Position numbers and translations under genes: made by a program
From: the human T2T-CHM13v2.0 reference genome, Homo sapiens
NCBI RefSeq assembly: GCF_009914755.1
Contig: NC_060929.1
Length of the DNA: 64,000 nt
Reading direction: 5' to 3' (one strand)
Shown here: positions 1 through 11,969 of the stretch, in pieces
Layout of the letters: each line of letters begins with the position of its first letter
How positions within the stretch are numbered: position 1 is the stretch's first letter
The notes under the pieces: generated by a model
Seen by the model: only the letters and a program-made list of their open reading frames with translations
What the model was told of the DNA's origin: nothing
Database searches by the model: none

Positions 1-89
1 TCTCTGAGTAAAGAGGACTCTTTCTTCATATTTTATTCCTCTCTAGATGCTTTTTATGTTTAAAATATTTTTGGAAGATCATTTATCCA

Positions 90-570
90 TCCTTCTATTC
101 ATTTAGTGAATAGACGTTTCCTGAGCACCAACTAGTTGTAATGCTCTGAGGGCAGAGCATGAGAATATTGAAACAGTGTGCTTATATTCCAATGAAGGAG
201 GCAGGCATGAAGAAATAATTACCCAATTCATCATTTAACTATAATTATAATATATGCTGTGAAGGATAATTCTAGAGCCACCACCAGAACATTTAACAAA
301 GGGACTGATCTAGCTTTGGCAGGGACATCATGGGGCCCTCCAAGGAAGTAAGTTTTGAGCCAGGTCACCTCAATGCGATGCTGTGATTTGTAGCCAAAGT
401 TCTGTGTGAACCCACAGAAGGCAGTTATTAGGAAGTCTTAGATGACCCAGGAAAGTGTCACAAATGATTGGATTTGAGCTAGGTCATGAAGGATAAGGAA
501 CATTTCCCTAGGAAGAGAAAGGAAAGAAGAATGTTTGTTGTACAGGACTTTGTAAAGACTTGGAGGAAAT
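90..570 (-). mobile_element. Old L2 LINE fragment
   Basis: ATTCATTTAGTGAATAG...CTGAGCACC start and later purine-rich blocks resemble the reverse complement of the L2 3' end. Highly diverged. Confidence 0.5.
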
Positions 571-1004
571 CTCAGAACAGGGACTCAGATAATATTAATT
601 TTGTTTTGAGCAGACAGTATTAGCAAAAATTCAATTAAAACCTATTCTTTAAAGATTTTCACTGCAGTGTTATTTATCAAGAAAAATTGGAAATAACTAT
701 AAAAATAATTGTCTAACAGTTGTGGAAATTTAAACTAAATTAAGCCCAACAGGACTTTCTACATAATACTACAAATATATTAAATATATTCTTCAAGAGC
801 CTGTGATAACAAGGGAAATCTTATTTAAAGTACCAAGGGAAAATAGAGAGATATAAAATTGCAGTTATCATGTGAGCACAACCATATTATTTCAACCTAT
901 GAATATTATTCTGAGAAACAGAAAAGGAAATAAATATAGAAAAATTATATCAGCTTATTTTAAAGTATAGAAAGTTTTTTTCAATTTGTATTTTTAAAAT
1001 TTTA

Positions 1005-1045
1005 ATTTTTTTTTTGAGAAAAGGTCTCGCTATGTCGCCCAGGCA
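1005..1045 (-). mobile_element. FLAM/Alu monomer, tail-proximal part (split by the STN1 retrocopy)
   Basis: Poly-T followed by GAGAAAAGGTCTCGCTATGTCGCCCAGGC, matching antisense FLAM. Confidence 0.75.
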
Positions 1046-2896
1046 GACCCACCCACTGTGCTTCAACACATGCATGGCCAGGAAGGTGCCCATTCCTCCC
1101 TGGACCCCACCCGTTTAAAGCAGTTTCAGCATCCTTGACACAGTGATGCAGAACCTTTCAGGATTTGCTGGAAGCCACAGCCCAGCCTCTTGATGCAAAC
1201 TGAATTCAGCCAGTGTGTGAAGAGAAGACCCTTTCCCTTGTGTGGAGTTTGAATCCCGTGTTCCTAGCCTTTGCAAAGCTCTACATTAAGTCTATATCCT
1301 GCTCTTGAAGGAGTCCTGACGGGTGCCAGGTGTATTTTTGTGCAATGGGAACCAATAAAACAGGTGTATCTTGGGAACTGCCATTGGAGTGAGAGAAAGA
1401 GAGGTTTTCTACAGTTGTAGAGTAGATGATAGCACTTGTATTAGGCTGTTCTGGCATTGCTATAAAAAATAAATAACCGAGGCTGGGTAATTTATAAAGA
1501 AAAGAGATTTAATTGGCTCATGGTTCTGCAGGTTTTGCAGGAAGCATGGTGCTGGCAGCTGCTCGGCTTCGATGGAACCCTCAGGAAGCTTACAGTTGGT
1601 GGAAGGTGAATGGGGAGCAGGTGTATCACAGGATGAAAGCAGGAGCAAGGGAGAGAGAGTGGCTGGGGAAGGGTCACACTTTTAAATGACCAGATCTTGC
1701 AAGAACTCACTATCATGAAGACAGCACCAAGCCATGAGGGATCTGCACCCATAATCCAAACACCTCCTACCAGGCCCCACCTACATTGGGGATTACAATT
1801 CAACATGATATTTGGGCAGGGACACATATCTAAACTATATCAGCACTGGAGTTATAAACTGCATCTGCTAGAAAATATTGAGCAATATCAAGTTTTCATC
1901 CGCTGCTCCAAATGCAGCAAGAGAACTGAGCTTTACCTCAATACTCAAGAAGCTGCAAGACACCATTGAGCAGAGAACAAAAATTGAAACTGGGGACATG
2001 TTCTGAATCAGAGGCTATGTCTACATGTGCAGAGAAGAGTGACAAATTTATGCCACTGCTTATTATAAAGTGGACGATCCAGTGTGGAACATTCAAATTG
2101 CAAGGGTGTTTGAGCTGCCCATTAATCTACAGGAAAGTTTAGACCAAGCCTTTCCATTGCCCAGACTTAGAGAAAGAAGAAGCACTAAGCAATCCAGGTG
2201 TCCTGGCCTTCACTAGTCTCATGTGTTTGCTGAGTGAAAAAGCCAAAGAATTCCCCATAAAGAACAGAGTGCAGAACTTTGACCAGCAGGAGTTGGAAAT
2301 GGTGGAGCCTTTGCTGTCCCTTGCTAACCAGCCTGTTACTGACAGTGCCTGCTCTGAACAAGGAAATTTTAAGAAGGATATCACTTTCAAGGCAATTTAT
2401 AGCATATTTTAAAATGCTATTCAACAGCTGCAGGAAAAAGGACTCGTTTTCCAGAAAGATGGTGGTTTTGATAACCTATGCTGTGTAACCAGAAAAGACA
2501 AAGACCTGTATAGGAAAATCCACTGGATAATTCAGGAAGACTACCAGAAACCAAATCACCCGAAGAAGGGCTGCCACTTCCTGCACATCTTGGCCTGTGC
2601 TCACCCTGAGCATCTGCCCGGTTCTAGTTAGGGCTATGTTGCAGCAAGTTCTGGAGCTCCTGGAGGACCAGAGTGACCTCATCAGCACAATGGAGCACCA
2701 CTACTCCTGAGCAGTGGCCTTCTACTCCTGGCCTTCTGAGCAGACACCTGAGCACGTGCATACCAGCCAAGGAGGAGAAAGACAAGGTAGGATTCAACCT
2801 CAGGCTCTGATTTTAAACATCATGTGGGGCTTATATGCCTGGAAGCAGTTACCTCCTTATAAACTTATAAAATATGACAAAACACCACCACCACCA
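1045..2896 (+). pseudogene. STN1: Processed pseudogene of STN1 (OBFC1), CST complex subunit; interrupted by an LTR at 1437-1842
   Basis: ATG at 1193. Translated pieces match recalled human STN1: [16 protein letters not shown]|GVINCIC across the LTR, LKKLQDTIEQRTKIETGD, AYYKVDDPVWNIQIARVFELP, LLSEKAKEFPIKNRVQNFDQQELEMVEPLLSLANQPV (ORF 2221-2412), NAIQQLQEKGLVFQKDGGFDNL, KGCHFLHILACAH, LQQVLELLEDQSDLISTMEH. No introns, several frameshifts and stops, decayed A-rich end at ~2860-2896. Confidence 0.95.
1437..1842 (-). mobile_element. MST-family (MSTA/MSTB) MaLR solo LTR
   Basis: TGTATTAGGCTGTTCT...AAACTATATCA termini. Perfect 5-bp TSD GCACT at 1432-1436 and 1843-1847. Confidence 0.92.
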
Positions 2897-2976
2897 AAAC
2901 TCCTGGGCTCAAGCCATCATCCTGACTCAGCCTCTGGAGTCTCTGGGACTACCGGTGTGTGCCACAACATCCAGCT
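2897..2976 (-). mobile_element. FLAM/Alu monomer, 5' part
   Basis: AACTCCTGGGCTCAAGCCATCATCCTGACTCAGCCTC...GGGACTACCGGTGTGTGCCACAACATCCAGC continues the antisense FLAM broken at ~1045. Confidence 0.8.
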
Positions 2977-3203
2977 TACGTGCTAAGTTTTCTATAAGAA
3001 GAATGTATTATTGATTTTGTGGATGGTGGAAATAAATAACTTTTCCTTTCTTTCTTTTTATGGGAAAGCTCTCCTGATCAACTTTACCTAACAGGAAAAC
3101 ATCTACCAATATCATTTCCTCTGCTGAGGCGAAGCTTGACAGGCATCAATTATTCACTCTAACATTTAAAGATTTGTTTAGAATGAAAAAAAAAAAAATC
3201 TTT

Positions 3204-3521
<318 letters not shown>

Positions 3522-4114
3522 TGAGGGATCATCAGTTAAACCACTCAATCCTGAAATCCTGTATGAGATTAGCTGTACAAGGCTGACCTGACACTAAAGA
3601 AGTAGAACACAGAGCAGGCAAGTTTTGACAGAGGAGAAAGAAAGTTCATTTTGGAGAACAGGGGAGACAAAGAATATATGAAATGATTGAGGATAATAAA
3701 GCTCCAGGAAAGAAAGAAGATGTCACAGAAAAAAAAAAGAGATAAATAAAAAGAAACAGAAAATTATAGGCAATAAAATTCCTTAGTTTGACAAACTTGG
3801 ATCAGGTTCCCCACTCTACATAAATTCTCCAGCCCTCTAAGCAGGTTTGCCCATTCATGAGTTGGTCTGCCTGTCTGTCTCTGTGTCTTCATCTTTGTGT
3901 GTAAGTGTATGTGTGGGTGTGTGCACGTGCCCCCTCTTTGTTTTCTCATATATTGCAGATAATGACTTAATTTTCTTGGCTAACAACTGATTTATAGTCA
4001 GAAGTGTTTGGGTGTCTTTGCAATCACAAACTGCTCTGCCAGTCCAGGATAAGGCCAAGCAGGGTACAGTGGTGCCAGTTATCAGGCAAGGCAGGAGGTC
4101 GGGCAATTGCTCAC

Positions 4115-4615
4115 CATTCATTCAATTGAACAGTCTAGAACCTGGAGGTCATCTTCCTCTCCTTTTTCCCCCTCATGGCTCACATCCTATCATTTCAAAG
4201 TCCTGCCTAATGATCCTCAATCCCTTTCTCTCTGTCTTTACTACTGCCACCTTAGCTCAGATTATCAGTGGTCCCCTGATGGGACTCCCAGGATCAAATC
4301 AATTATCCACATAGAAGCCAAGGTCATATTTCTAAACACAAATCCATCATACCACTTTGTACTCCTGTTTAAAGCTCTTGTGAGGCTCCCATTGGGCTCA
4401 GGATAATGGACCCAGCCTGTGGTTCTCAAGGGGCTCCAGCAATTCTTTCTGCATGTTTTCTGCCTCATATCCAAGTCTCCAACCCCACCCTGTATTTATC
4501 CAGATGCCGTGGGCATCTTTCCGATCTCTAAACCTACCAAGCCCTTTCATGCCTTTGCATATGCTGTTTCTCTGCCTGGAACCTTCTTCTCTACCCCTTG
4601 ATTACTCCTCTGAAG
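4115..4615 (+). mobile_element. L2 fragment (appears to continue at ~6060-6265 after the Alu cluster)
   Basis: Pyrimidine-rich L2-like motifs such as GCCTTTGCATATGCTGTTTCTCTGCCTGGAAC. Confidence 0.6.
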
Positions 4616-4623
4616 AAAATCCT

Positions 4624-5089
4624 GGCCAGGTGCGGTGGCTTATGCCTGTAATCACAGCACTTTGGGAGGCCGAGGCGGGAGGATTGCTTGAGCCCAGGAG
4701 TTCAAGGCCAGCCTGGCCAACATGGTGAAACCCTGTCCCTACAAAAAATACAAAAATTAGCCAGGTGTGGTGGCCCATGACTGTAATCCCAGCTACTCAG
4801 GAGGTGGAGGCAGGAGAATCTCTTGAACCCAGGAGGTGGAGGTTGCAGTGAGCTGAGATCACATCACTGCACTACAGCCTGGGTGACAGAGCAAGACTCT
4901 GTCACAAAAACAAAACAAAACAAAACAAAACAAAACAAAACAGCCAGCATGGTGGCGTGTGTTTCAGGAGGCTGAGGTGAGAAGATCGCTTGAACCCAGG
5001 AGGTCAAGGCTGCAGTGAGCCAAGATTGCACCGCTGCACTCTAGCCTGGGTGAGAGTGACAGCCTGTCTCAAAAATAAATAAATAAATA
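4624..5089 (+). mobile_element. Composite three-arm Alu: J-like left arm, S-like right arm with (CAAAA)n, J-like right arm
   Basis: GGAGGATTGCTTGAGCCCAGGAG (J-type) left arm; GGAGAATCTCTTGAACCCAGGAGGTGGAGGTTGCAG (S-type) arm; (CAAAA)n at ~4905-4941; GGAGGTCAAGGCTGCAGTGAG (J-type) arm. Confidence 0.85.
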
Positions 5090-5425
5090 GGCCAGGCACA
5101 GTGCCTCACGCCTGTAATCCCAGCACTTTGGGAGGCCGAGGTGGGTGGATCACCTGAGGTCAGGAGTTTGAGACCAGCCTGGCCAACATGGTGTAACCCC
5201 GTCTTTACTAAAAATACAAAAAATTTAGCCAGGTGCAGTGGCGCATGCCTGTAGACCCAGCTACTTAGGAGGCTGAGGCAGGAGAATCGCTTGAACTTGG
5301 GAGGTGGAGGTTGCAGTAAGCCGGGATTGTATCACTGGATTGCACTCCATACTGGGTGACAAAGCAAGACTCTGTCTCAAAAAAAATAAAATAAAATAAA
5401 GTAAAATAAATACAATAAAAATAAT
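5090..5425 (+). mobile_element. AluSx-like element inserted in the tail of the preceding Alu
   Basis: Full dimer with GGATCACCTGAGGTCAGGAG and an A-rich tail. Confidence 0.93.
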
Positions 5426-5591
5426 TAAATACCTATTAAATACCTAATTCAACTCACCATGGTGAACCTCCCAAGTTTGTTCTTAAGACTTCCTACTCCT
5501 ACCAATGTGCCCACTATTTGAGGATGTGAACATTTGGGTATTTGGGTTCACTTCTGGTGAATAAATAGCATTTTGCACCCTGTTCTCACCC

Positions 5592-5863
<272 letters not shown>

Positions 5864-5905
5864 CTCACCTTTCTAATCCATGTTGTTCTTGCTCCTGTGG
5901 AAATT

Positions 5906-6058
5906 AGTCCCAGCTACAAGGGAGGCTTAGGTAGGAGAATCATATGAGCCCAGGGGAGGTAGAGGCTGCAGAGAGCTGTGATCATGCCACTGCTCTGTAG
6001 CTTGGGCAACAGAGTAAGATCCTGTCTCAAAACAGAAACAAAAGAAAGAAAAGAAAAT
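5906..6058 (+). mobile_element. FRAM/AluJ right-arm fragment
   Basis: AGTCCCAGCTAC...GAGGCTGCAGAGAGCTGTGATCATGCCACTGC...TGTCTC plus A-rich tail. Confidence 0.8.
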
Positions 6059-6059
6059 C

Positions 6060-6265
6060 TTTCTCTGACCTTAGAGGCCAGGTTAGACTTTGTTAACACA
6101 CGCTCCCATAGTATCACTCTTGACGGCAAATGCTTGTTTAATTGTCTGTTGTCTCCCCAATAGCCCATAAGTTGGATGATTTGTCTGTTGATGTGTCTTT
6201 AATGCCTAGAAAAATGCTAGGAAGGCACTAAAGAACCATGTGCTGGTTGAATGAATGAATGAAGG
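6060..6265 (+). mobile_element. L2 3' end
   Basis: Ends in the typical TTGAATGAATGAATGAA L2 tail. Confidence 0.65.
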
Positions 6266-7825
6266 AAGAAACAAATAAAAATGACTGGATTCTACAGGAT
6301 AAGAAGAGGAAAAAGCACACCTACCACCATGCTACTGAATCCTTGGTGAGACTGACAAGGACATTCCCTCCTGCTTCCTGGTATAGTTGTCGTCTGGCTT
6401 CTCGTTAATGGCTGTCCTTCATTTCCCTAGTTTCTTAACTCATCACCTCTGCTTTCCAACTTAGAGACCCTGTGATCAAGCTTGATGTTTTTTGGAGCAG
6501 TTCATCATTTCAGAAAATTGCCACAGTTGAATCCCACTCAGTTCTCATCTTTATCCTCCACCCCCTACTTATTAGAGAATTTACCGGATGAATTGTACTA
6601 CATTAATGGACTGAAATATTTTATTTTACTACTAGGAAATTAGACTTCCAGGCCTGAGCACAAATGCTTTATCAGAAAAACAGTATCTTAGGAGGACTTT
6701 TATTTATTTTTTTTAGTTAAAGGACTATCAAAGCATTTTCTACGCAAAAACTCCACTGCAGGATAGGGTTGGAAAATGGCAGATAGGAGGCAGGACTAAT
6801 TTGCAGCTCCCACTCGGATGAACAGAGGAGCATGTGGAGACCCACACTGTGAACTTTTGCTCCAAGAACTACCACAGGAACATACCAGGAAAGCCAAGAG
6901 AATCACAGGCCCTTTGAAGGAGGTAGATTGCTGTTGCAGACTCCATGGGACAATAGAGGAACTGTGAGTTGGCTTGCTTTCTCAGCTAGGAGGCTTGTAG
7001 CCTGAGGCAAGTTCTCAGCTCTGCTCACCAGCTGCCTGGAAATAAACTCAGTGCTATTGCAGGGGCATGGTGGGAGTGAGACCAGCCTTTGGAGCTGGTA
7101 GCTGCGTGGGAGCTGGGTGAGGCCTATGGCTGCCAGCTTTCCCCCACTTCACCAGTGACCTGTGTGATACAGCAGAGGCAGCCATAATCCTCTTGGGAAC
7201 ATAACTCCATTGGCCTGAAAACCACAGCTCCATCCCCCACAGCAGCTGCAGCAGGCCCCGCCCAAGGAGAATCTGAGCTCAGACATGCCTAACCCTGTCC
7301 TCACCTGATGGTCTTTCTCTACCCACCCTGGTAGCATAAGACAAATGACACAGTCCTTTGGCAGCTCTACGGCTCCGCCCACTGCCTGGCCCTAGGGCAA
7401 GCTTGAATCCTCCCTACACAATGGCAGTGGATGCGTTCTTGAAAGCACCACCTCCTGGCTGGAGGCCAATAAACACAAACCCAGGGCACATAACAAAAAT
7501 ATGACCAAGGACTCTCACAGAGTCCACTTCACTCCCCTGCTGCCTCCACCGGAGTAGGTGCTGGTATCTATGGCTAAGAGATCTGAAGATGGATCACATC
7601 ACAGGATTCTTTGCAGACACTCCCCATTACCAGCCTGGAGCCTGGTAGCTCTGCTGGGTGGCTAGATCCGGAAGAAAAATAACAACCACTGCAGTTCAGT
7701 TTTCAGGAAGCCCTATCCCTAGGGGAAGGGAGAGAGCATCACATCAAGGGAGCACCTCATGGGACAAAAGAATCTGAACAGCAGCCCTTGAGCCCCAGAT
7801 CTTTCCTCTCACATCGTCTAATCAA

Positions 7826-8830
7826 ATGAGAAGGAACCAGGAAAACAATTCTGGTAATATGACAAAACAAAGTTATTTAATACCCCCAAAAGATCACACT
7901 AGCTCACCAGCAGTGGATCAAAACCAAGACAAAATCTCTGAATTGCCAGAAAAAGAATTCAGAAGGTCAAATATTAAGCCAATCAATGAAGCCCCAGAGA
8001 AAGATGAAGTCCAACTCAAAGAAATAAAAAAAAAAAATAGATACAAGATGTTAATGGGAAATCTCCAGTGAAATAGAAAGCAAAAGTAAAAAACAATCAC
8101 TTCTGGACATGAAGGACACACTTAGAGAATTGCAAAATGCACTGGAAACTCTCAGCAATAGAATCAAACAAGTAGAAGAAAGAACTTCAGAGCTCAAGGA
8201 CAAGACTTTCAAATTAACCCAGTCTGACAAAGACAAAAAGAATTTAAAAAATGAAAGCCTCCAAGAAGTTTGGCATTATGTTAAAACAACTAAACCTGAG
8301 AATAATTGGTGTTCCTGAGGAAGAAGAGCAGTCTAAAAGTTTGGAAAACATATTCGAGAGAATAATTGAGGAAAACTTCCCCAACCTTGGTAGAGATCTA
8401 GACATCCAAATACAAGAAGCTCAAAGAACACCTGGGAAATTCATCACAAAAAGATAATCACTTAGGCACATCAGGTTATCTAAAGTCAAGACAAAGGAAA
8501 AATCTTATGAGCTGTAAAGCAAAAGCATCAGGTAACCTATAAAGGAAAACCAGGCAGACTAATAGGAAATTTCTCAGCAGAAACCCTACAAGGTAGAAGG
8601 AATTGGGGTCCTATCTTTAGCCTCCTTAAACAAAACAATTATCAGCCACAAATTTTGTATCTGGCAAAACTAAGCTTCATAAATGAAGGAAAGAAGGTCT
8701 TTTTCAGACAAACAAATACTGAGAGAATTTGCCACTACTAAGCCAGCACTATGAAAACTGCTGAAAGGCGCTCTAAATCTTGAAACAAATCCTCAAAATA
8801 CAATAAAATAGAACCTCCTTAAAGCATAAA
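7826..8830 (+). pseudogene. L1 ORF1p remnant (frameshifted)
   Basis: ORF pieces MRRNQENNSGNMTKQ..., LQNALETLSNRIKQVEERTSELKDK, NLRIIGVPEEEE...FERIIEENFPNL..IQIQEAQRTP. Confidence 0.9.
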
Positions 8831-8888
8831 TCTCACAGGACCTATAACACAACAACAAAAGCAAGAGATTGAGGCAACAAATAACACA

Positions 8889-11588
8889 ATGAATAGTACC
8901 TCACATCTCAATACTAATGTTGGTTGTAAATGGCCTAACAGCTCCACTTAAAAGATACAGAATGGCAGAATGGATAATTCACCAACCAAGTATCTGTTGT
9001 CTTCTAGAAACTCACCTGACACATAAGGACCCACATAAACTTATGGTAAAGGGGTAGAAAAAGATACTCCATGCAAGTGGACACCAAAAGTAAGCAAGAG
9101 TAGCTATTCTTACATCAGAGAAAACAAACTTTAAAGCAACAGCAGTTAAAAAAGACAAAGAGGGACATTATATAATGATAAAAGGAATAGTCCAAAAGGA
9201 AAATATCACAATTCTAAATATATGTGCATCTAACATTGGAGCTCCCAAATTTATAAAACAATTACTACTAGACCTAAGAAATGAGATAGACAGCAACACG
9301 ATAATAGTGGGGAACTTTAATACTCCACTGACAGCACTAGACAGGTCCTCAAGACAGAAAGTCAGCAAAGAAACAAGGGGTTAAAACTGTTCCCTAAAAC
9401 AAATGGACTTAACAGGTATTTACAGAACATTCTACCCAACAACTGCAGAATATACATTCTGTTTATCAGCACATGGAACATTCTCCAAGATAGACCATAT
9501 GATAGGCCACAAAACAGGTCTCAACAAATTTAAGAAAATCGAAATTATATCAAGTACCCTCTCAGATCACAGTCAATAAAATTGGAAATTAACTCCATAA
9601 GGAACCCTCAAAACCATGCAAATACATGGATATTAAATAACCTCCTCCTGAATGATCATTGGGTCAACAATGAAATCAAGATGGAAATTAAAACATTCTT
9701 TGAACTGAACAATAATAGTGACACAACCTATCAAAATCTCTGGGATGCAGCAAAGGCAGTGCCAAGAGGAAAGTTCATAGCCTTAAATGCCTATATCAAA
9801 AAATCTGAAAGCACAAATAGACAATCTAAGGTCACACCTCAAGAACTAGAGAAACAAGAACAAACCAAACCCAAATCCAGCAGAAGAAAGGAAATAACCA
9901 AGATTAGAGCAGAAGTAAATGAAAGTGAAACAAACAAACAAAAACAATACAAAAGGTAAATGAAACAAAAAACTGGTTCTTTGAAAAGATAAATAAAATT
10001 GATTGACCATTAGTGAGATTAACCAAGAAAGGGAGAGAGAAGATCCAAATAAGCTCAGTTAGAAATGAAACAGGAGCGATTACAACTGATACCACAGAAA
10101 TACGAAAGATCATTCAAGGCTACTATGCACAACTTTATGCACATAAACTAGAAAACCTAGAGGAATTGGATAAGTTCCTGGAAGTACACAACCCTCCTAC
10201 GTTAAACCAGAAAGAAATAGAAACTCTGAAGAGACCAATAACAAGCAGCAAGATTGAAGTGGTAATCAAAAAGCTACCAACAAAAAAAAGTCCAGGACCA
10301 GATGGATTCACAGCTGAATTCTATGAGACATTCAAAGAAAAATTGGTACCAATCCTAGTGACACTATTCCAAAAGATAGAGAAAGAGGATTGTATGAAGC
10401 CAATATCACCCTAATTCCCAAACCAGGAAAGGACATAACAAAAAATAAAGAAAACTACAGACCAATATCACTGATGAACATAGATGCAAAAATCCTCAAC
10501 AAAATAGTAGCTAACCAAATCCAACAGCATATCAAAAAGATAATCCACCATGATCAAGTGGGTTTCATACCAGGGATGCAGAGATAATTTACTATATGCA
10601 AGTCAATAAATGTGATACACCACATAAACAGAAATAAAAACAAAAATTACATGATCATCTCAATAGACACAGAAAAAGCATTTGACAAAATTCAGCATCC
10701 CTTTATGATTAAAACCCTCAGCAAAATCAGCATAGAAGTGACACGCCTTAAGGTAATAAAAACCATCTAAGAGAAACCGACAGCCAACGTTATACTGAAT
10801 GGGGAGAAGTTGAAAGCATTCCCCCTGAGAACTGGAACAAGACAAGAATGCCCACTATCACCACTTCTATTTGACACAGTACTGGAAGTCCTAGCCAGAG
10901 GACAAGAGAAAGAAATAAAGGGCATCCAAATCAGTAAAGAGGAAGTGAAACTGTCGCTGTTTGCTGATGACATGATTGTATACCTAGAAAACCCTAAAGA
11001 CTCATCTTAAAAGCTCCTAAAACTGGTAAATAAATTCAGCAAAGTTTTAGAATACAAAATTATTGTACACAAATCAGTTGCCCTGCTATACACTAACAGC
11101 AAACAAGCTGAGAATCAAATCAAGAACTCAACCCCATTTACAATAGCTGCAAAAAAAAAAAAAAAAAAAAAAGGAATACATTTAAGCAAGGAGGTGAAAG
11201 ATCTCTACAAGGAAAGCTACAAAACACTGCTGAAAGAAATCATAGACCACACAAACAAATGGAAACACATCCTATGTTCATGAATGGGTAGAATCAATAC
11301 TGTGAAAATGACCATACTACCAAAAGCAATATACAAGTTCAATGCAATTCCCATCAAAATACCACCATCATTCTTCATGGAACTAGAAAAAATAATCCTA
11401 AAATTCATATGGAACCAAAAAGAACTTACATAGCCAAAGCAAGACTAAGCAAAAAGAACAAATCTGGAGGCATTACATTACCTGACTTCAAACTATACTG
11501 TAAGGCTATATTCACGAAAATAGCATAGTACTGGTATAAAAATAAGTATGTAGACCAATGAAACAGAATAGAGAACCCAGAAACAAAG
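8889..11588 (+). pseudogene. L1 ORF2p remnant (endonuclease and RT domains; C-terminus deleted)
   Basis: [81 protein letters not shown]; multiple stops and frameshifts. Confidence 0.93.
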
Positions 11589-11737
11589 GGATACAATACT
11601 ACACATTGGGTACAGTGTACACTGCTCAGTGATGGGTGCACCAAAATCTCAGAAATTACCATTAAAGAATGTATTCATGTAACCAAACACCACCTGTTCC
11701 CCAAAAACTTGTTGAAGTAAAAAAAAAAAAATCCAGT

Positions 11738-11969
11738 TGTGCCCTATCCAATATAACAATCACTATCCACATGTATTATCAAGCACTTGAAATGTGGAAA
11801 GTGAGAATTAACAAGTGCTATAAGTGTAAAATATTTTATACTATATTTGAAAGACTTAGTATGAAAAAGAGAATGTAAAATATTAATAGTTTTAAATATA
11901 CATTACATGTTAAGATGATAATATTTCACGCACATTGGATTAAATTTATTCTGTTTCTTTTTACTTATT
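11738..11969. mobile_element. MER33-like hAT-Charlie MITE, truncated; lies inside the L1 TSD
   Basis: AGCACTTGAAATGTGG...TAAGTGTAAAAT...AAGACTTAGTATGAAAAAGAGAATGTAAAAT...CTGTTTCTTTTTACTT. The second terminal repeat is absent. Confidence 0.8.

Larger units (their letters stand above)
6761..11731 (+). mobile_element. L1PB-type LINE-1, 5'-complete, inactive, with an internal 3' deletion
   Basis: 5'UTR ATGGCAGATAGGAGGCAGGACTAATTTGCAGCTCCCAC; decayed ORF1 and ORF2; L1PB 3' end CTACACATTGGGTACAGTGTACACTGCTC...CACCACCTGTTCCCCAAAAAC; A-tail at 11719-11731; TSD AAAAACTCCACTGCA at 6746-6760 and 11974-11988. Confidence 0.95.

Noticed and set aside
11151-11172. Internal A22 run in the L1 as a separate element end
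   Set aside because: ORF2 sequence continues colinearly on both sides, so it is an expanded internal A-tract.
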